Of a DNA stretch of 64,000 nt, positions 41,034 to 50,710 are shown in pieces (position 1 is the stretch's first letter; the number at the start of each line of letters is the position of its first letter). Where the stretch lies: contig DLHF01000073.1 in assembly GCA_002483085.1 (NCBI GenBank), positions 10,703-74,702 of the forward strand. The letters run 5' to 3'. A model generated the notes under the pieces. That model did no database searches and was not told the origin of the DNA. It worked only from the letters and a program-made list of their open reading frames with translations. Position numbers and translations under genes: made by a program. The stretch is from Ignavibacteria bacterium UBA7675 (lineage in GTDB: Bacteria > Bacteroidota > Ignavibacteria > Kapaibacteriales > UB7675).

Positions 41034-42035
41034 ATGAGAATTACGCTAAATTCCTCGATGAACTCGTACCAGACAAATCTGAACTCGATCCGCTCGCGCT
41101 ATGCCAAAGAACAGCAGCGCCTGACGACGCAAAAAAATATTCAGACGCCTTCCGATAGCCCGCACGACTTTTCGGAAATCAAGCGCCTGTCCAACACGAT
41201 ATCTCAGAACGAACGATATCGCAAAAACATCGAAGACGGTAGAACTGATGTGGATATCTACGAGGGAACGCTTCAGAACTTTACCGATACGCTGGTGCGC
41301 GCAAAGGACATTGTCAACGACGCTGTCAATCCTGCAAATTTCGACAAGGCATCAGTGCTCGGCAATAATCTCCGCAATGTGCTCGACGACCTCGTGAAAA
41401 TTGCCAACTACGAATATGATGGGCGTTTTGCCTTCGCCGGTACACTGACTACGCGCAGTTCTATTACCCCCGTGGCACCTGCTACCAGTAATCTTCCCTT
41501 TGAGATTGTCAAGGACCCCGGACTTGCCTCAACTTCCAACCCCGAAGGGCTAAACGTCGTATTCAAGGGCAACAACGAGGACCGCCTTGTAGCAACCAGC
41601 AGCAATTCGACCGAGCGCATCAGCGTGCGCGCGAAGGATACATTTGGCACGGGCGGCACTTCTACGCTTCAGAATATTGTCGATATTTATAACTTGCTCG
41701 CGTACAAGCAAGATGGAACAGCGCGCACACCTTCGGACGGGCTTGCAACCGACGAAGCGCGTTCACTTCAGGACAAACTGAAGCAGCTCGCCGATTCCGT
41801 CGACGTCGTGAACTCCGAAGTAGGTCGATTAGGTGGTGTGGCAAATCGCATGGATGCACTCAACGACCAGATCACCTACGAGAATACGCGCCTGCGCGAA
41901 CTCCGGTCGGGTCGCGAAGATGCTGATATTCCGGAAACAATTCTTAAACTCCGACGCGAGGAGACCGCCCTACAGGCCACACTTCAGATCGGTCCTGATA
42001 TTATCCAGCGTTCTCTTCTGGACTTTCTTAAATAA
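41034..42035 (+). CDS. flgL: Flagellar hook-associated protein 3 FlgL (flagellin-fold)
   Basis: MRITLNSSMNSYQTNLNSIRSRYAKEQQRLTTQKNIQTPSD is a flagellin-like N-terminal helix. The C-terminus is ...LKLRREETALQATLQIGPDIIQRSLLDFLK. Confidence 0.75.
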   Translation: MRITLNSSMNSYQTNLNSIRSRYAKEQQRLTTQKNIQTPSDSPHDFSEIKRLSNTISQNERYRKNIEDGRTDVDIYEGTLQNFTDTLVRAKDIVNDAVNPANFDKASVLGNNLRNVLDDLVKIANYEYDGRFAFAGTLTTRSSITPVAPATSNLPFEIVKDPGLASTSNPEGLNVVFKGNNEDRLVATSSNSTERISVRAKDTFGTGGTSTLQNIVDIYNLLAYKQDGTARTPSDGLATDEARSLQDKLKQLADSVDVVNSEVGRLGGVANRMDALNDQITYENTRLRELRSGREDADIPETILKLRREETALQATLQIGPDIIQRSLLDFLK

Positions 42036-42102
42036 ACGCAAAGAACATCCGATATAGTCCGGACAGCTTGGATAAATGCAAACAGCTCCCTAACTTGCCT
42101 GT

Positions 42103-42927
42103 ATGAGAAACAGTACACTGATTGGCCTTGCGCTTGGATGTGTCGCGATCTTCGGGGCTTTTCTGCTCGAAGGCGGCAGTCTTTCATCGCTCTTTCTTCC
42201 TCCAGCTCTGCTCATCGTTATCGGTGGCACCTTTGCAGCGGCACTCATTGGTTCGTCGCTCACGCATATAGCTCGCCTTCCGCGATTTATAGCACTGGCT
42301 CTTTTTCCTCCGAACTACGACCCCGTGCAAACTATCGAGATGATTGTGGGCTTTTCGGTAACGGCTCGCCGCGAAGGTCTGCTGTCGCTGGAGCGACGCC
42401 TTGCCAACCTCGAACATCCCTATCTTCGCAAGCTGTTTCAATATGCTGTGGACGGCGTCGACCCCCAATCTCTGCGCCAAATTGCAGAAAACGAGCTTTA
42501 TTTTATTGGCGAGCGACATCAGTCCAACATCCAGTTATTTGTAAAAATGGGCGGATACTCTCCTACAATGGGCATTATCGGCACAGTGATGGGGCTTATA
42601 GCAACACTTGGTGCAGTTGGCGGCGACCCAAGCGACCTCATACGCCACATCGCTTCGGCATTTATCGCGACGCTGTGGGGTATTTTTATGGCAAATATTG
42701 TCTGGTTGCCGCTCGGCGATAAACTGCGCACGCTGCACGAACAAGAAATGCAAATACTGCACATGATGGTAGAAGGCGTCGTGGCAGTGCAGCTCGGTGA
42801 AATTCCTTCGGTCATTCGCGCTCATCTTATCAGCGTACTGCCAATCGAAGAGCAGCAGCGCTATCTCACCCCTTCCCAGTCCGCTGCTCCCGTTGCGTCC
42901 AAGAAAGACGCTGTTGTAACGGAGTAA
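42103..42927 (+). CDS. motA: Flagellar motor stator protein MotA (MotA/TolQ/ExbB proton-channel family)
   Basis: Four transmembrane segments with a cytoplasmic loop of about 100 aa between TM2 and TM3. ...YSPTMGIIGTVMGLIATL... ...AFIATLWGIFMANIVWLPLGDKL.... It lies directly 3' of flgL. Confidence 0.7.
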   Translation: MRNSTLIGLALGCVAIFGAFLLEGGSLSSLFLPPALLIVIGGTFAAALIGSSLTHIARLPRFIALALFPPNYDPVQTIEMIVGFSVTARREGLLSLERRLANLEHPYLRKLFQYAVDGVDPQSLRQIAENELYFIGERHQSNIQLFVKMGGYSPTMGIIGTVMGLIATLGAVGGDPSDLIRHIASAFIATLWGIFMANIVWLPLGDKLRTLHEQEMQILHMMVEGVVAVQLGEIPSVIRAHLISVLPIEEQQRYLTPSQSAAPVASKKDAVVTE

Positions 42928-43003
42928 ATGGGCGTCATTTTGTCGATTGTCCACTATAGTAGTACTTTTGTGCAATCGCCTTTTCCACTCTGTGAGGTGA
43001 TCC

Positions 43004-43417
43004 ATGTGGTGGTTTTATGCTCTCTTATCCGCTCTCTTTGCGTCCTTCACGGCCATTACAGCCAAGATTGGAGTGAAAGATATAGACACCAATCTGGCAA
43101 CAGCACTAAGAACAGCCGTTATTCTTGTTATCGCTTGGGGTATTGTGGCTGTGCAGGGGCACCTGAAAGACATCGGTTCTATTTCCACAAGAAATCTCGT
43201 TTTTCTCGGCATTTCCGGAGTCTGCACGGGACTATCATGGCTTTGTTACTTCAAAGCTCTGCAACTAGGCAAAGTATCGCAGGTTGCGCCGGTCGACAAA
43301 GCCAGCCTTGCCCTTACACTTCTGTTGTCGGTTGTTATCCTTGGGGAGCCAATGACGCTAAAAGAGATCATCGCAGGTGGCTTTATTCTAACAGGCACAT
43401 TGCTGTTTATTCTATAA
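43004..43417 (+). CDS. Small EamA-like (DMT superfamily) 4-TM membrane protein
   Basis: A 137-aa protein, MWWFYALLSALFASFTAITAKIG...VAPVDKASLALTLLLSVVILGEP...; single-EamA-domain proteins of this size are known. Confidence 0.55.
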   Translation: MWWFYALLSALFASFTAITAKIGVKDIDTNLATALRTAVILVIAWGIVAVQGHLKDIGSISTRNLVFLGISGVCTGLSWLCYFKALQLGKVSQVAPVDKASLALTLLLSVVILGEPMTLKEIIAGGFILTGTLLFIL

Positions 43418-43495
43418 GTGGTCGAACATTTGAGAATAGAAGGCATCATACACCTGCATCAGCGCGAGAATATGCGATGAGAGCCGAACAATCAA

Positions 43496-43580
43496 TCACG
43501 CAGCGGGCGTCCTGGCATCGTTCTTACGATAACGGTAACGCGGTGCGGAGACCAGAGCAAGGACAGAGGCCGAAGCGCGT
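43496..43580 (-). repeat. Intergenic repeat, motif-1 copy H in reverse orientation (minus strand: GCGCTTCGGCCTCTGTCC...GGTCTCCGCACCGCG...CCGCTGCGTG)
   Basis: It was read as the reverse complement of 43496..43580. It is the only reverse-orientation copy I detected. Confidence 0.45.
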
Positions 43581-43624
43581 ATCACCCCACTTCAAACGCC
43601 AATACAGCTACATCACGATAGCTA

Positions 43625-44929
43625 TCACATCAGGCACCGCACCATATACAACCGCTGATTGATACGCCCCAACATTTCGTAGGCGCGATTGCGGCGATTA
43701 TAGCGCACTGGCGACATTTCATCCACAATCATTCCCGACGAAACGTAGTCCGACGTATATTTCCGCACAGCGAGCGACGCCGAGCTTACGTATGCAAACG
43801 TAGTAGTAGCGGGGTCGATAGCAAAAGGGCGGCTGAGGTCATACGCTGTTTTCAGCGGATACTGTCGCCCGTCGATTGACATCGAACACTCAATTTCGCA
43901 GGTCATGTACACTAAGTAGTCGCCACTCCACGAGAACAGCGGTGGCGAACTGGTAAAGGTCGTTGCATACCGAGTGCCATTGTACACCACATACGGTTTT
44001 GCCTGATCGACAGCATTATAGGCGTACATCGCCAGCGTAGGATGCAGCGTTAGGTTCATAATTTTGTCGTAGGTCTCGCCAATGCGCGGCTCGTAGTAGT
44101 CATCAGAAATAAGCACCACCACCGAATTTGTCTGATAAGAACCGACAAACGCAGCAATAGTACCTGCCAGATTAATTTTCGCCTCGGAAAATCCGCTGAA
44201 GCCGCCTGTAATTTCCTCTTCGTTTTTGTACAGCCTCCACTGCCTTCCTAAGCGTGCTCCATAGAGAAAAGCGCCATCGTACCAGAAACCGACTGGAGCA
44301 ATTTCGTCGAACACAAGGCTTTCCCGACCTTCCACGCTTACGACTTCCCCGCCGCTGCGTTCGCCTACATAAGCGCGTCTGCGCCCATTATTGCTCATAA
44401 GATACTCTCCCTTTTTTTTCAGAAGCGGGAGAGGTGTTCCCACGGGTTTCAGATGTACTTTCCCAGTGCCTTCGTTCGTTTCGACTTCAAAGCTGACAAT
44501 CCAAGCTTCATCACCCCGGTAGCCCACAAACGAAAGGATGCGGGAATCGAGCGAAAAGCGGGGTTCTTCCGCCGTATTATACTGCAACGGTATTTCCTCA
44601 CCATCGACAAGGATATGCCACTGGCTATCGCGAATACCTAAGGCTGCCCACAACTCTCCATCGGGCGAGAACACCGGGGCAAGCAGCTTTTCATACACTC
44701 CACTTTGCCTTCCATTTACCACGAGCCGGAAACGCTCTGTAAACGGCTGGGTAATAGCCCACCAGTTCGAGGTCGTGTCCATCCCGTAGGTGACTAATGT
44801 TTCGCTGCCACCGAGCAGTTCAGTATCGGTAAATTTCTGTGCCTGAGCCCCGGTAGTGCACATCACAGCCAACAACAGCAATATCGAAAAGAAGTACATG
44901 CAGGTCCTCCTGGTAATTTCGCATTCCAT
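43625..44929 (-). CDS. Hypothetical secreted protein (beta-rich, possibly beta-propeller)
   Basis: Signal peptide MYFFSILLLLAVMCTTGAQAQ. No family recognised. Confidence 0.5.
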   Translation of the reverse strand: MECEITRRTCMYFFSILLLLAVMCTTGAQAQKFTDTELLGGSETLVTYGMDTTSNWWAITQPFTERFRLVVNGRQSGVYEKLLAPVFSPDGELWAALGIRDSQWHILVDGEEIPLQYNTAEEPRFSLDSRILSFVGYRGDEAWIVSFEVETNEGTGKVHLKPVGTPLPLLKKKGEYLMSNNGRRRAYVGERSGGEVVSVEGRESLVFDEIAPVGFWYDGAFLYGARLGRQWRLYKNEEEITGGFSGFSEAKINLAGTIAAFVGSYQTNSVVVLISDDYYEPRIGETYDKIMNLTLHPTLAMYAYNAVDQAKPYVVYNGTRYATTFTSSPPLFSWSGDYLVYMTCEIECSMSIDGRQYPLKTAYDLSRPFAIDPATTTFAYVSSASLAVRKYTSDYVSSGMIVDEMSPVRYNRRNRAYEMLGRINQRLYMVRCLM

Positions 44930-44939
44930 TCTGGTCTGG

Positions 44940-44990
44940 CCGAAAAACGAAAAAGCTCATATATCGGGTACAATATATGAGCTTATCTTT
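44940..44990 (-). terminator. Intrinsic terminator of sucC (minus strand: AGCTCATATAT-8-nt loop-ATATATGAGCT followed by TTTTTCGTTTTTC)
   Basis: A perfect 11-bp stem plus a U-rich tract, immediately 3' of the sucC stop. Confidence 0.55.
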
Positions 44991-45030
44991 TACAGCTAAG
45001 AGCAGCTATCCGGGCAACCGGATATACCGA

Positions 45031-46275
45031 TTAGTTCATCGAAGCGATGGTCTGGGTTACTTTCGAAGCGGCATCTTCCAGAGTAGAAGCCACAGCAAAT
45101 TGCAGACCCGACGCCTCAAGGATAGCGCGAGCTTCTACAGCATTTGTACCTTCGAGGCGAACAATCACTGGTACAGTAACGTGTACTTTTTCCATAGCCT
45201 GAAGAATACCATTCGCCACGCGGTCGCAGCGCACGATACCGCCAAAGATATTGATAAGCACAGCTTTTACATGCTCATCGCTCAGCATAATGCGGAAAGC
45301 ATTCGCGATGCGCTCCACATTAGCTCCTCCCCCTACGTCCAGAAAGTTGGCTGGCTGCCCACCGGCGAGCTTAATCATATCCATCGTAGCCATAGCCAGA
45401 CCAGCACCATTCACCATACAGCCCACATTACCATCGAGCTTAATATAATTGAGATCGTACTTAGAAGCCTCGATCTCTAACGGGTCTTCCTCATTGAGAT
45501 CGCGCAGTTCGGCGAACTCTCTATGGCGGTACAAAGCATTGCTGTCAAAGCCCATTTTACAGTCCAGAGCCAGAAAAGTGTTGCTGGTCGTAAGGACGAG
45601 CGGATTCACTTCAAGCATTGCACAATCCAGAGCGCGATAAGCTTTGTACAGCTTCTGGATAAACACAACGAAGCTCTTAAACGCATCACCGGAGAGGCCG
45701 AGCTTAAAAGCGAGGCTACGCGCTTGGAACGGCTGGAATCCAGTTGTAGGATTCACAATTTCCTTCAGGATTTTTTCCGGTGTGTGCTCGGCAACTTCTT
45801 CGATGTCCATACCACCTTCGGTAGACACCATAAGCAGATCGCACGAGGTTTGGCGGTCGAGCAGAATACTTACATAGTATTCTTTAGCAATACCCACACC
45901 CTCTTCTACGAGCATGCGGCTTACTACTTTACCCTCGGCACCGGTTTGTATAGTAACGAGTTTGTTGCCCATTGTACGCAGAGCAACTTGGTAGGCTTTA
46001 TCAGCGATATTGCCTTCGCGGATCACATTTACACCGCGCACCACCTTGCCTTCGAACTGCACGGGCTCGTGAGTGTCGATATCGACTACTTCGCCTTTGC
46101 CGCGTCCGCCTGCATGGATTTGTGATTTCAGTACGATAGTACCTACTCCCTGGCTGGCAAATTCTTCATACACTGTTTTCCCGGCTTCTTCGGGAGAGTG
46201 GACAACAAAGCCGCGGGGTACCGGCACATCAAAACGGCGCAGCAGTTCCTTCGCCTGATACTCGTGAATATTCAT
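45031..46275 (-). CDS. sucC: Succinate--CoA ligase (ADP-forming) beta subunit
   Basis: MNIHEYQAKELLRRFDVPVPRG... ATP-grasp N-terminus. ...GNVGCMVNGAGLAMATMD...NIFGGIVRCD... are conserved SucC motifs. Confidence 0.9.
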   Translation of the reverse strand: MNIHEYQAKELLRRFDVPVPRGFVVHSPEEAGKTVYEEFASQGVGTIVLKSQIHAGGRGKGEVVDIDTHEPVQFEGKVVRGVNVIREGNIADKAYQVALRTMGNKLVTIQTGAEGKVVSRMLVEEGVGIAKEYYVSILLDRQTSCDLLMVSTEGGMDIEEVAEHTPEKILKEIVNPTTGFQPFQARSLAFKLGLSGDAFKSFVVFIQKLYKAYRALDCAMLEVNPLVLTTSNTFLALDCKMGFDSNALYRHREFAELRDLNEEDPLEIEASKYDLNYIKLDGNVGCMVNGAGLAMATMDMIKLAGGQPANFLDVGGGANVERIANAFRIMLSDEHVKAVLINIFGGIVRCDRVANGILQAMEKVHVTVPVIVRLEGTNAVEARAILEASGLQFAVASTLEDAASKVTQTIASMN

Positions 46276-46494
46276 TCAGCACCTTCAGTAATGTATAGAG
46301 GAGACTCTTGCTCAGCGTTTATTCGGCATACGACACCGAACAGCATGCAAAAATATTAAAATTCACAGCAGCCACCAAATTCCGTCTGTTTATTATAGCA
46401 CAACAGTGCTATCAAAACACAGCGGGATGCTCCTTTCGGAACACCCCGCGATAAGAATTTTTCCACGAATTCGCGACAGAAGAGAAGCCCAGTA

Positions 46495-46890
46495 TTAGGG
46501 GCGCTGGGGTTTCTTAGCCGTTGTGTTCGTAGGGCTTTCGGTTTTCACCGGCTCGTTGGTCGTCGGTGCAGCCGTGCTTGTATTGTCTTCGCGCTGCGGC
46601 TTTTTCGTACCCGTATTTCCGTCAGGACTGGTATGCATTTCCTTATTTGTCGACTGGGTTTTGGTACCTTTGCGACCGCTTGCTGCTTTTCCAGAGTCCG
46701 GATCCATTACTTTGACTTCTGTACCTGTGCCTGCCGTATCAATCACAAGTGTGTCTACATTAGCCGGAGGCATGAGGGTATCAACAACTGCTGGCTCCTG
46801 TTCGGGCACTTCTTCTTTTTTTTCGCAACTTGTGAAAGAAATAGTACCGACTACAAGAAATGCTGTCAGTGGCATGATAAGGCGTTTCAT
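46495..46890 (-). CDS. Small low-complexity lipoprotein (hypothetical)
   Basis: MKRLIMPLTAFLVVGTISFTSC has a lipobox. The remainder is a T/K/P/E-rich, disordered-looking sequence. Confidence 0.4.
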   Translation of the reverse strand: MKRLIMPLTAFLVVGTISFTSCEKKEEVPEQEPAVVDTLMPPANVDTLVIDTAGTGTEVKVMDPDSGKAASGRKGTKTQSTNKEMHTSPDGNTGTKKPQREDNTSTAAPTTNEPVKTESPTNTTAKKPQRP

Positions 46891-47217
46891 ACTCGTATCC
46901 TTGCTGGATATGGAAAATGTTATTTAATGAGCTTATTACACGCAGATTTTCGGCAATTTACAACAGCATGTTCCTGAAAATCAAGCAGTTGCACACAGAT
47001 GACAAGTTTTTAACTAACAGTTCATTCAAAGGTTGCATCGCTTTTGCCTAGCTCCCTTCTGCTGCACCGCCGATAACACGCCGATGTAATGAAAATGTTA
47101 CGTCCGTATTATGCTGTGTTGATGCAGTCCCGCCGCCGAATTTCCTTTTCATATCAGCGGGAAAATTTGCAGATTGGCAGCTAATTACGGTCGTAGTGTT
47201 TCCCCGAACAACAGAGC

Positions 47218-48144
47218 ATGAAATACGCGAAATTCTATCTGCCCCTCCTCATTCTTCTTCTTGCCCGGTTCTCGTTGCAGCCCCTGTTTGTCGACAGAAG
47301 CCTCGGGTCGAAAGCCAATCCGATTCGCATCGCGCTCACGCCATCTGTTGATGCACAAAAGGTTACAACCAACGGCGATCTCCTTCGCAGATTCCTAGAA
47401 CAGCATACTGGCTACTCGTTTTCTATTGTTGTGCCTGCCAGCTATATCGCTGTAGTAGAAGCTTTAGGAAGTGGTTCGGCAGATATCGCCGCAATTAATA
47501 CATTTGGCTATCTTCTGGCAAATGGAAAATACGGGGCGGAAGCAGCCCTGCGCATTGTGCGGCGAGGTGGAGAAACCGAGTATCGGGGGCAGTTCATCAC
47601 TCATGTGGATAGCGGTATCGACTCGCTGTACCAGATTACCGGACGCCGCTTTGCCTATACCGATCCATCGTCGACCTCGGGCTTTATTCTGCCAAAGGCA
47701 ATGCTCAAGAAAATGAATATTACACCCGCCGAAGAAGTGTTCGCCATAAAGCATGATAATGTCGTTACGATGATCTATCAAAAACAAGTAGACGCAGGCG
47801 CAACCTATTATTCCCCTCCCGACAAAGAAACCGGGGAGTTTCTTGATGCACGTGCTCGCGTGGTAAAACAATTCCCAGATGTGTTCAAAAAAATTAAAAT
47901 TATAGGCTTTACCCAAAGCATTCCCAACGACCCGATTGTGATTCGCAAAGGCTTCCCTGCCGATATGAAACAGCATATTATCGACGCTTTGCTCGCTTTC
48001 CAGTCGACGCCCGAAGGAAAAAAGGCACTGTTTGAGATCTACAGTGTAGACGGTTTTACGGCAGCAAAGGACAGCGATTACGACGCTTTGCGCGCTATTA
48101 TCAGAGAACAGAATGTGGACATCGAGAACCTGATGAAAAAATAG
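47218..48144 (+). CDS. phnD: Phosphonate/phosphite ABC transporter substrate-binding protein (PhnD family)
   Basis: 308 aa with a signal peptide. ...YSFSIVVPASYIAVVEALGSGSADIAAINTFGYL... matches the PhnD/SsuA fold pattern. It is followed by phnC and phnE. Confidence 0.75.
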   Translation: MKYAKFYLPLLILLLARFSLQPLFVDRSLGSKANPIRIALTPSVDAQKVTTNGDLLRRFLEQHTGYSFSIVVPASYIAVVEALGSGSADIAAINTFGYLLANGKYGAEAALRIVRRGGETEYRGQFITHVDSGIDSLYQITGRRFAYTDPSSTSGFILPKAMLKKMNITPAEEVFAIKHDNVVTMIYQKQVDAGATYYSPPDKETGEFLDARARVVKQFPDVFKKIKIIGFTQSIPNDPIVIRKGFPADMKQHIIDALLAFQSTPEGKKALFEIYSVDGFTAAKDSDYDALRAIIREQNVDIENLMKK

Positions 48145-48165
48145 GCCAAGGCCGGAGACATTGAC

Positions 48166-48936
48166 ATGAGCCAGAACATCCTGCAACTGCGCGACCTCGA
48201 AAAAATTTATCCCAATGGCACACACGCCTTGAAAAAGCTCACGCTCGACATTCGCGAGGGCGAGTTTCTCGTTGTAATTGGCTTGAGCGGTTCCGGTAAA
48301 TCCACACTTCTGCGCTGCCTGAACAGGCTCATCGAGCCGTCGGGTGGCTCCATCCTCTTCGCCGGTCGCGATGTCACCTTCCTCAAAGGCAGCGAGCTGC
48401 GGGAATACCGCAGGCAAATCGGCATGATTTTCCAGCAGTTTAATCTCATTCGCCGCCGGTCGGTGTTGTACAATGTTCTTTCCGGTGCGCTCGGCACTAT
48501 GCCAGTGTGGCAGTCTATACTCGGGCGCTTTCCCGAAGAATTACAGCAAGAAGCCATGCGCAGTCTTGAGATTGTGGGATTAAAAGACAAGCCGCTCATT
48601 CGAGCCGATGCTCTGAGCGGAGGGCAGCAACAGCGCGTAGCCATTGCCCGGTCGCTGATGCAAAAGCCGCGCATACTGCTCGCCGACGAGCCAGTGGCAA
48701 GCCTGGATCCCGCCACCTCGCATTCGGTGATGCAGTATTTAGAACGAATCAACAAAGAATTCGGAACGACAATTATCTGCAACCTGCACTTCCTCAGCCT
48801 TGTGCGGCGCTACGCCACCCGCGTAGTAGCGCTCAAAGGCGGTGAATTGGTGTTTGAGGGCAATCCACACGACATCGACGAAGCATGGTTCAAGCGCATC
48901 TACGGCGAGGATGCAATAGAAGTGCAGATAGACTGA
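48166..48936 (+). CDS. phnC: Phosphonate ABC transporter ATP-binding protein PhnC
   Basis: Walker A is GLSGSGKST, the signature is LSGGQQQRVAIAR, and Walker B is ILLADEP. Confidence 0.85.
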   Translation: MSQNILQLRDLEKIYPNGTHALKKLTLDIREGEFLVVIGLSGSGKSTLLRCLNRLIEPSGGSILFAGRDVTFLKGSELREYRRQIGMIFQQFNLIRRRSVLYNVLSGALGTMPVWQSILGRFPEELQQEAMRSLEIVGLKDKPLIRADALSGGQQQRVAIARSLMQKPRILLADEPVASLDPATSHSVMQYLERINKEFGTTIICNLHFLSLVRRYATRVVALKGGELVFEGNPHDIDEAWFKRIYGEDAIEVQID

Positions 48937-49091
48937 TAAGGCGCCAATAGGAATCGACAAAAGGATATGTAGCGGCCCAAGACGAATTAGCTTTTTCAAT
49001 CCAAAGACTGAGACTGCGAGGCACACAGCGAGGAATTCGGGTACTCTCTGCTCTTCCGCCTCCAATCTCCCAAACAGAGACCATTTATTTT

Positions 49092-50111
49092 ATGGCTTCA
49101 ACTTCTCCTCGCTCTGTATTCCAGGCTTTTGTACTGGATGTATTCTTTGGGGTGTACCTCGCGATTACTCTGCACCGGATTATCTGGCATCGCGTGCTGC
49201 TCAACAGCGAACCGAACGAGCTTACAATGCCGCTCGCTATTGTGTACGGCTCTATAGGCGTAGTACTCGCGATACTACTCCACGCTATGAAAGCCTCGCC
49301 GGGAAGAAAAATTTTCGGCCTAACCATACCGGGCTGGCGGGACGCTCTTGCAGTCCACATGCTCTGGATAGCAGGCGTAGCAACAGTAGTTACGTCCTGG
49401 GTTGTTACCAAAGTCTCGCTCATCGACCTTTTTTCTGGGGACAGATTACAACGAGCCGGGCAGCTCTTTGGATCGCTGTTTACACCCGAGTTCTCCATTG
49501 CCGGGCAAGCAGCATCAGCAATGGTAGAGACAATCTACCTCTCGCTCATGGCTACACTTCTGGCACTGCCTATTACCTTTGTGCTGGGATTTCTGAGCGC
49601 GCGCAACCTGATGAAGCAAAACAACACGACGTTTGTTGTGTACAATCTTGTACGCATAGCCACAAACTTTACGCGCTCAATCGAACCACTTATTTGGGCG
49701 ATTATTTTTTCGGTGTGGGTAGGCATTGGTCCATTTGCGGGCATGCTTGCGCTCATGGTACACACGATTGCATCGCTGGCGAAACTGTATTCAGAACAGA
49801 TCGAGAACATCGATCCGGGGCCGATGGAAGCCATCGAAGCGACAGGAGCATCGCCATTGCAGGTAGTGTGGTTTGCCGTCGTGCCACAAATAGTCATCCC
49901 TTTTCTGAGCTTCACTATATACCGCTGGGACATCAATGTGCGCATGGCCACCATTATCGGCCTTGTAGGCGGCGGCGGTATCGGCGACCTACTTATGCAG
50001 TATCAGGGCTTGGGGCGCTGGAACGAAGTAGGGCTGATCGTACTACTCATCGCAGCCGTTGTGTGGCTCATGGATTACATATCGGCAAAAGTGAGAGAAG
50101 CGATACAGTAA
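49092..50111 (+). CDS. phnE: Phosphonate ABC transporter permease PhnE
   Basis: Polytopic permease. ...EATGASPLQVVWFAVVPQIVIPF... matches the PhnE EAA-loop region. Confidence 0.75.
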   Translation: MASTSPRSVFQAFVLDVFFGVYLAITLHRIIWHRVLLNSEPNELTMPLAIVYGSIGVVLAILLHAMKASPGRKIFGLTIPGWRDALAVHMLWIAGVATVVTSWVVTKVSLIDLFSGDRLQRAGQLFGSLFTPEFSIAGQAASAMVETIYLSLMATLLALPITFVLGFLSARNLMKQNNTTFVVYNLVRIATNFTRSIEPLIWAIIFSVWVGIGPFAGMLALMVHTIASLAKLYSEQIENIDPGPMEAIEATGASPLQVVWFAVVPQIVIPFLSFTIYRWDINVRMATIIGLVGGGGIGDLLMQYQGLGRWNEVGLIVLLIAAVVWLMDYISAKVREAIQ

Positions 50112-50218
50112 CCGTTTCCATCAGCTACTCTTTTGCACAAAAGCAATGAATCAAAACATCTTCTGCTTCGTCTAACGCGCATCGGACACTTGTACAACTC
50201 ATTACGGATATTCCCGGC

Positions 50219-50512
50219 ATGGCACGCATACAACGAACATTTACGACAAAATCAACAGCACAAGAAATGCAAGACTTTGTCAACAACAGCGTTCTCAACC
50301 GCACAGAGTTGCAATCTCTTCTGCCATCTGCTCGCTGGAAAGGCAGCATATTATATATAGACGCCCGCTTTGTTGTGGGCAGCATTGCACTGAGCGACAA
50401 CGAAGTGGTTGTGGACGTAGACATCAGCTTTCTGGCAGCCAACGCGACAAAGCGCATCGAATCGGCCATTGAAGACGGCATCAAGCAGCTTGAAGCTGGG
50501 AAAGCGGAGTAG
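50219..50512 (+). CDS. Small conserved protein, possible polyhydroxyalkanoate-system family (PHA_gran_rgn-like)
   Basis: 97 aa. ...WKGSILYIDARFVVGSIALSDNEVVVDVDISFLAANATKRIESAIEDGIKQL resembles the W.G..L.F...G.I.V.D..V.V...L pattern of that family. The evidence is weak and comes from memory. Confidence 0.35.
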   Translation: MARIQRTFTTKSTAQEMQDFVNNSVLNRTELQSLLPSARWKGSILYIDARFVVGSIALSDNEVVVDVDISFLAANATKRIESAIEDGIKQLEAGKAE

Positions 50513-50528
50513 ATCCCACCAGTTGTAG

Positions 50529-50607
50529 AGCGCTTCTGTCTCCGCTCTTGCTACGTGTCTCTGCACCGCGCAGCACCTCCGCTTCGTGGCTATTCAAGCC
50601 TAACCGC
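50529..50607 (+). repeat. Intergenic repeat, motif-1 copy D (GCGCTTCTGTCTCCGC...TCTCTGCACCGCGCAGCACCTCCGCTTCGTGGCTATTCAAGCCT)
   Basis: Shared core with the other copies. Confidence 0.5.
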
Positions 50608-50657
50608 TTATGCTCTACTGCCGCCCGATCGCTGCGATATGGTATAGTAAATTACAG

Positions 50658-50684
50658 CAGAAGCCCCGAAATTCCGGGGCTTCT
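50658..50684. terminator. Hairpin between convergent genes (CAGAAGCCCCG-aaatt-CGGGGCTTCTG) without a clear U-tract
   Basis: A perfect stem of 11 bp. The flanks are only weakly T-rich on the minus strand. Confidence 0.3.
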
Positions 50685-50710
50685 GTATATCTACCAGTGC
50701 GGAGCGCTTA

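Noticed and set aside
47464-48417. 317-aa minus-strand ORF overlapping phnD / phnC
   Set aside because: It is antisense to two genes with clear ABC-transporter motifs.
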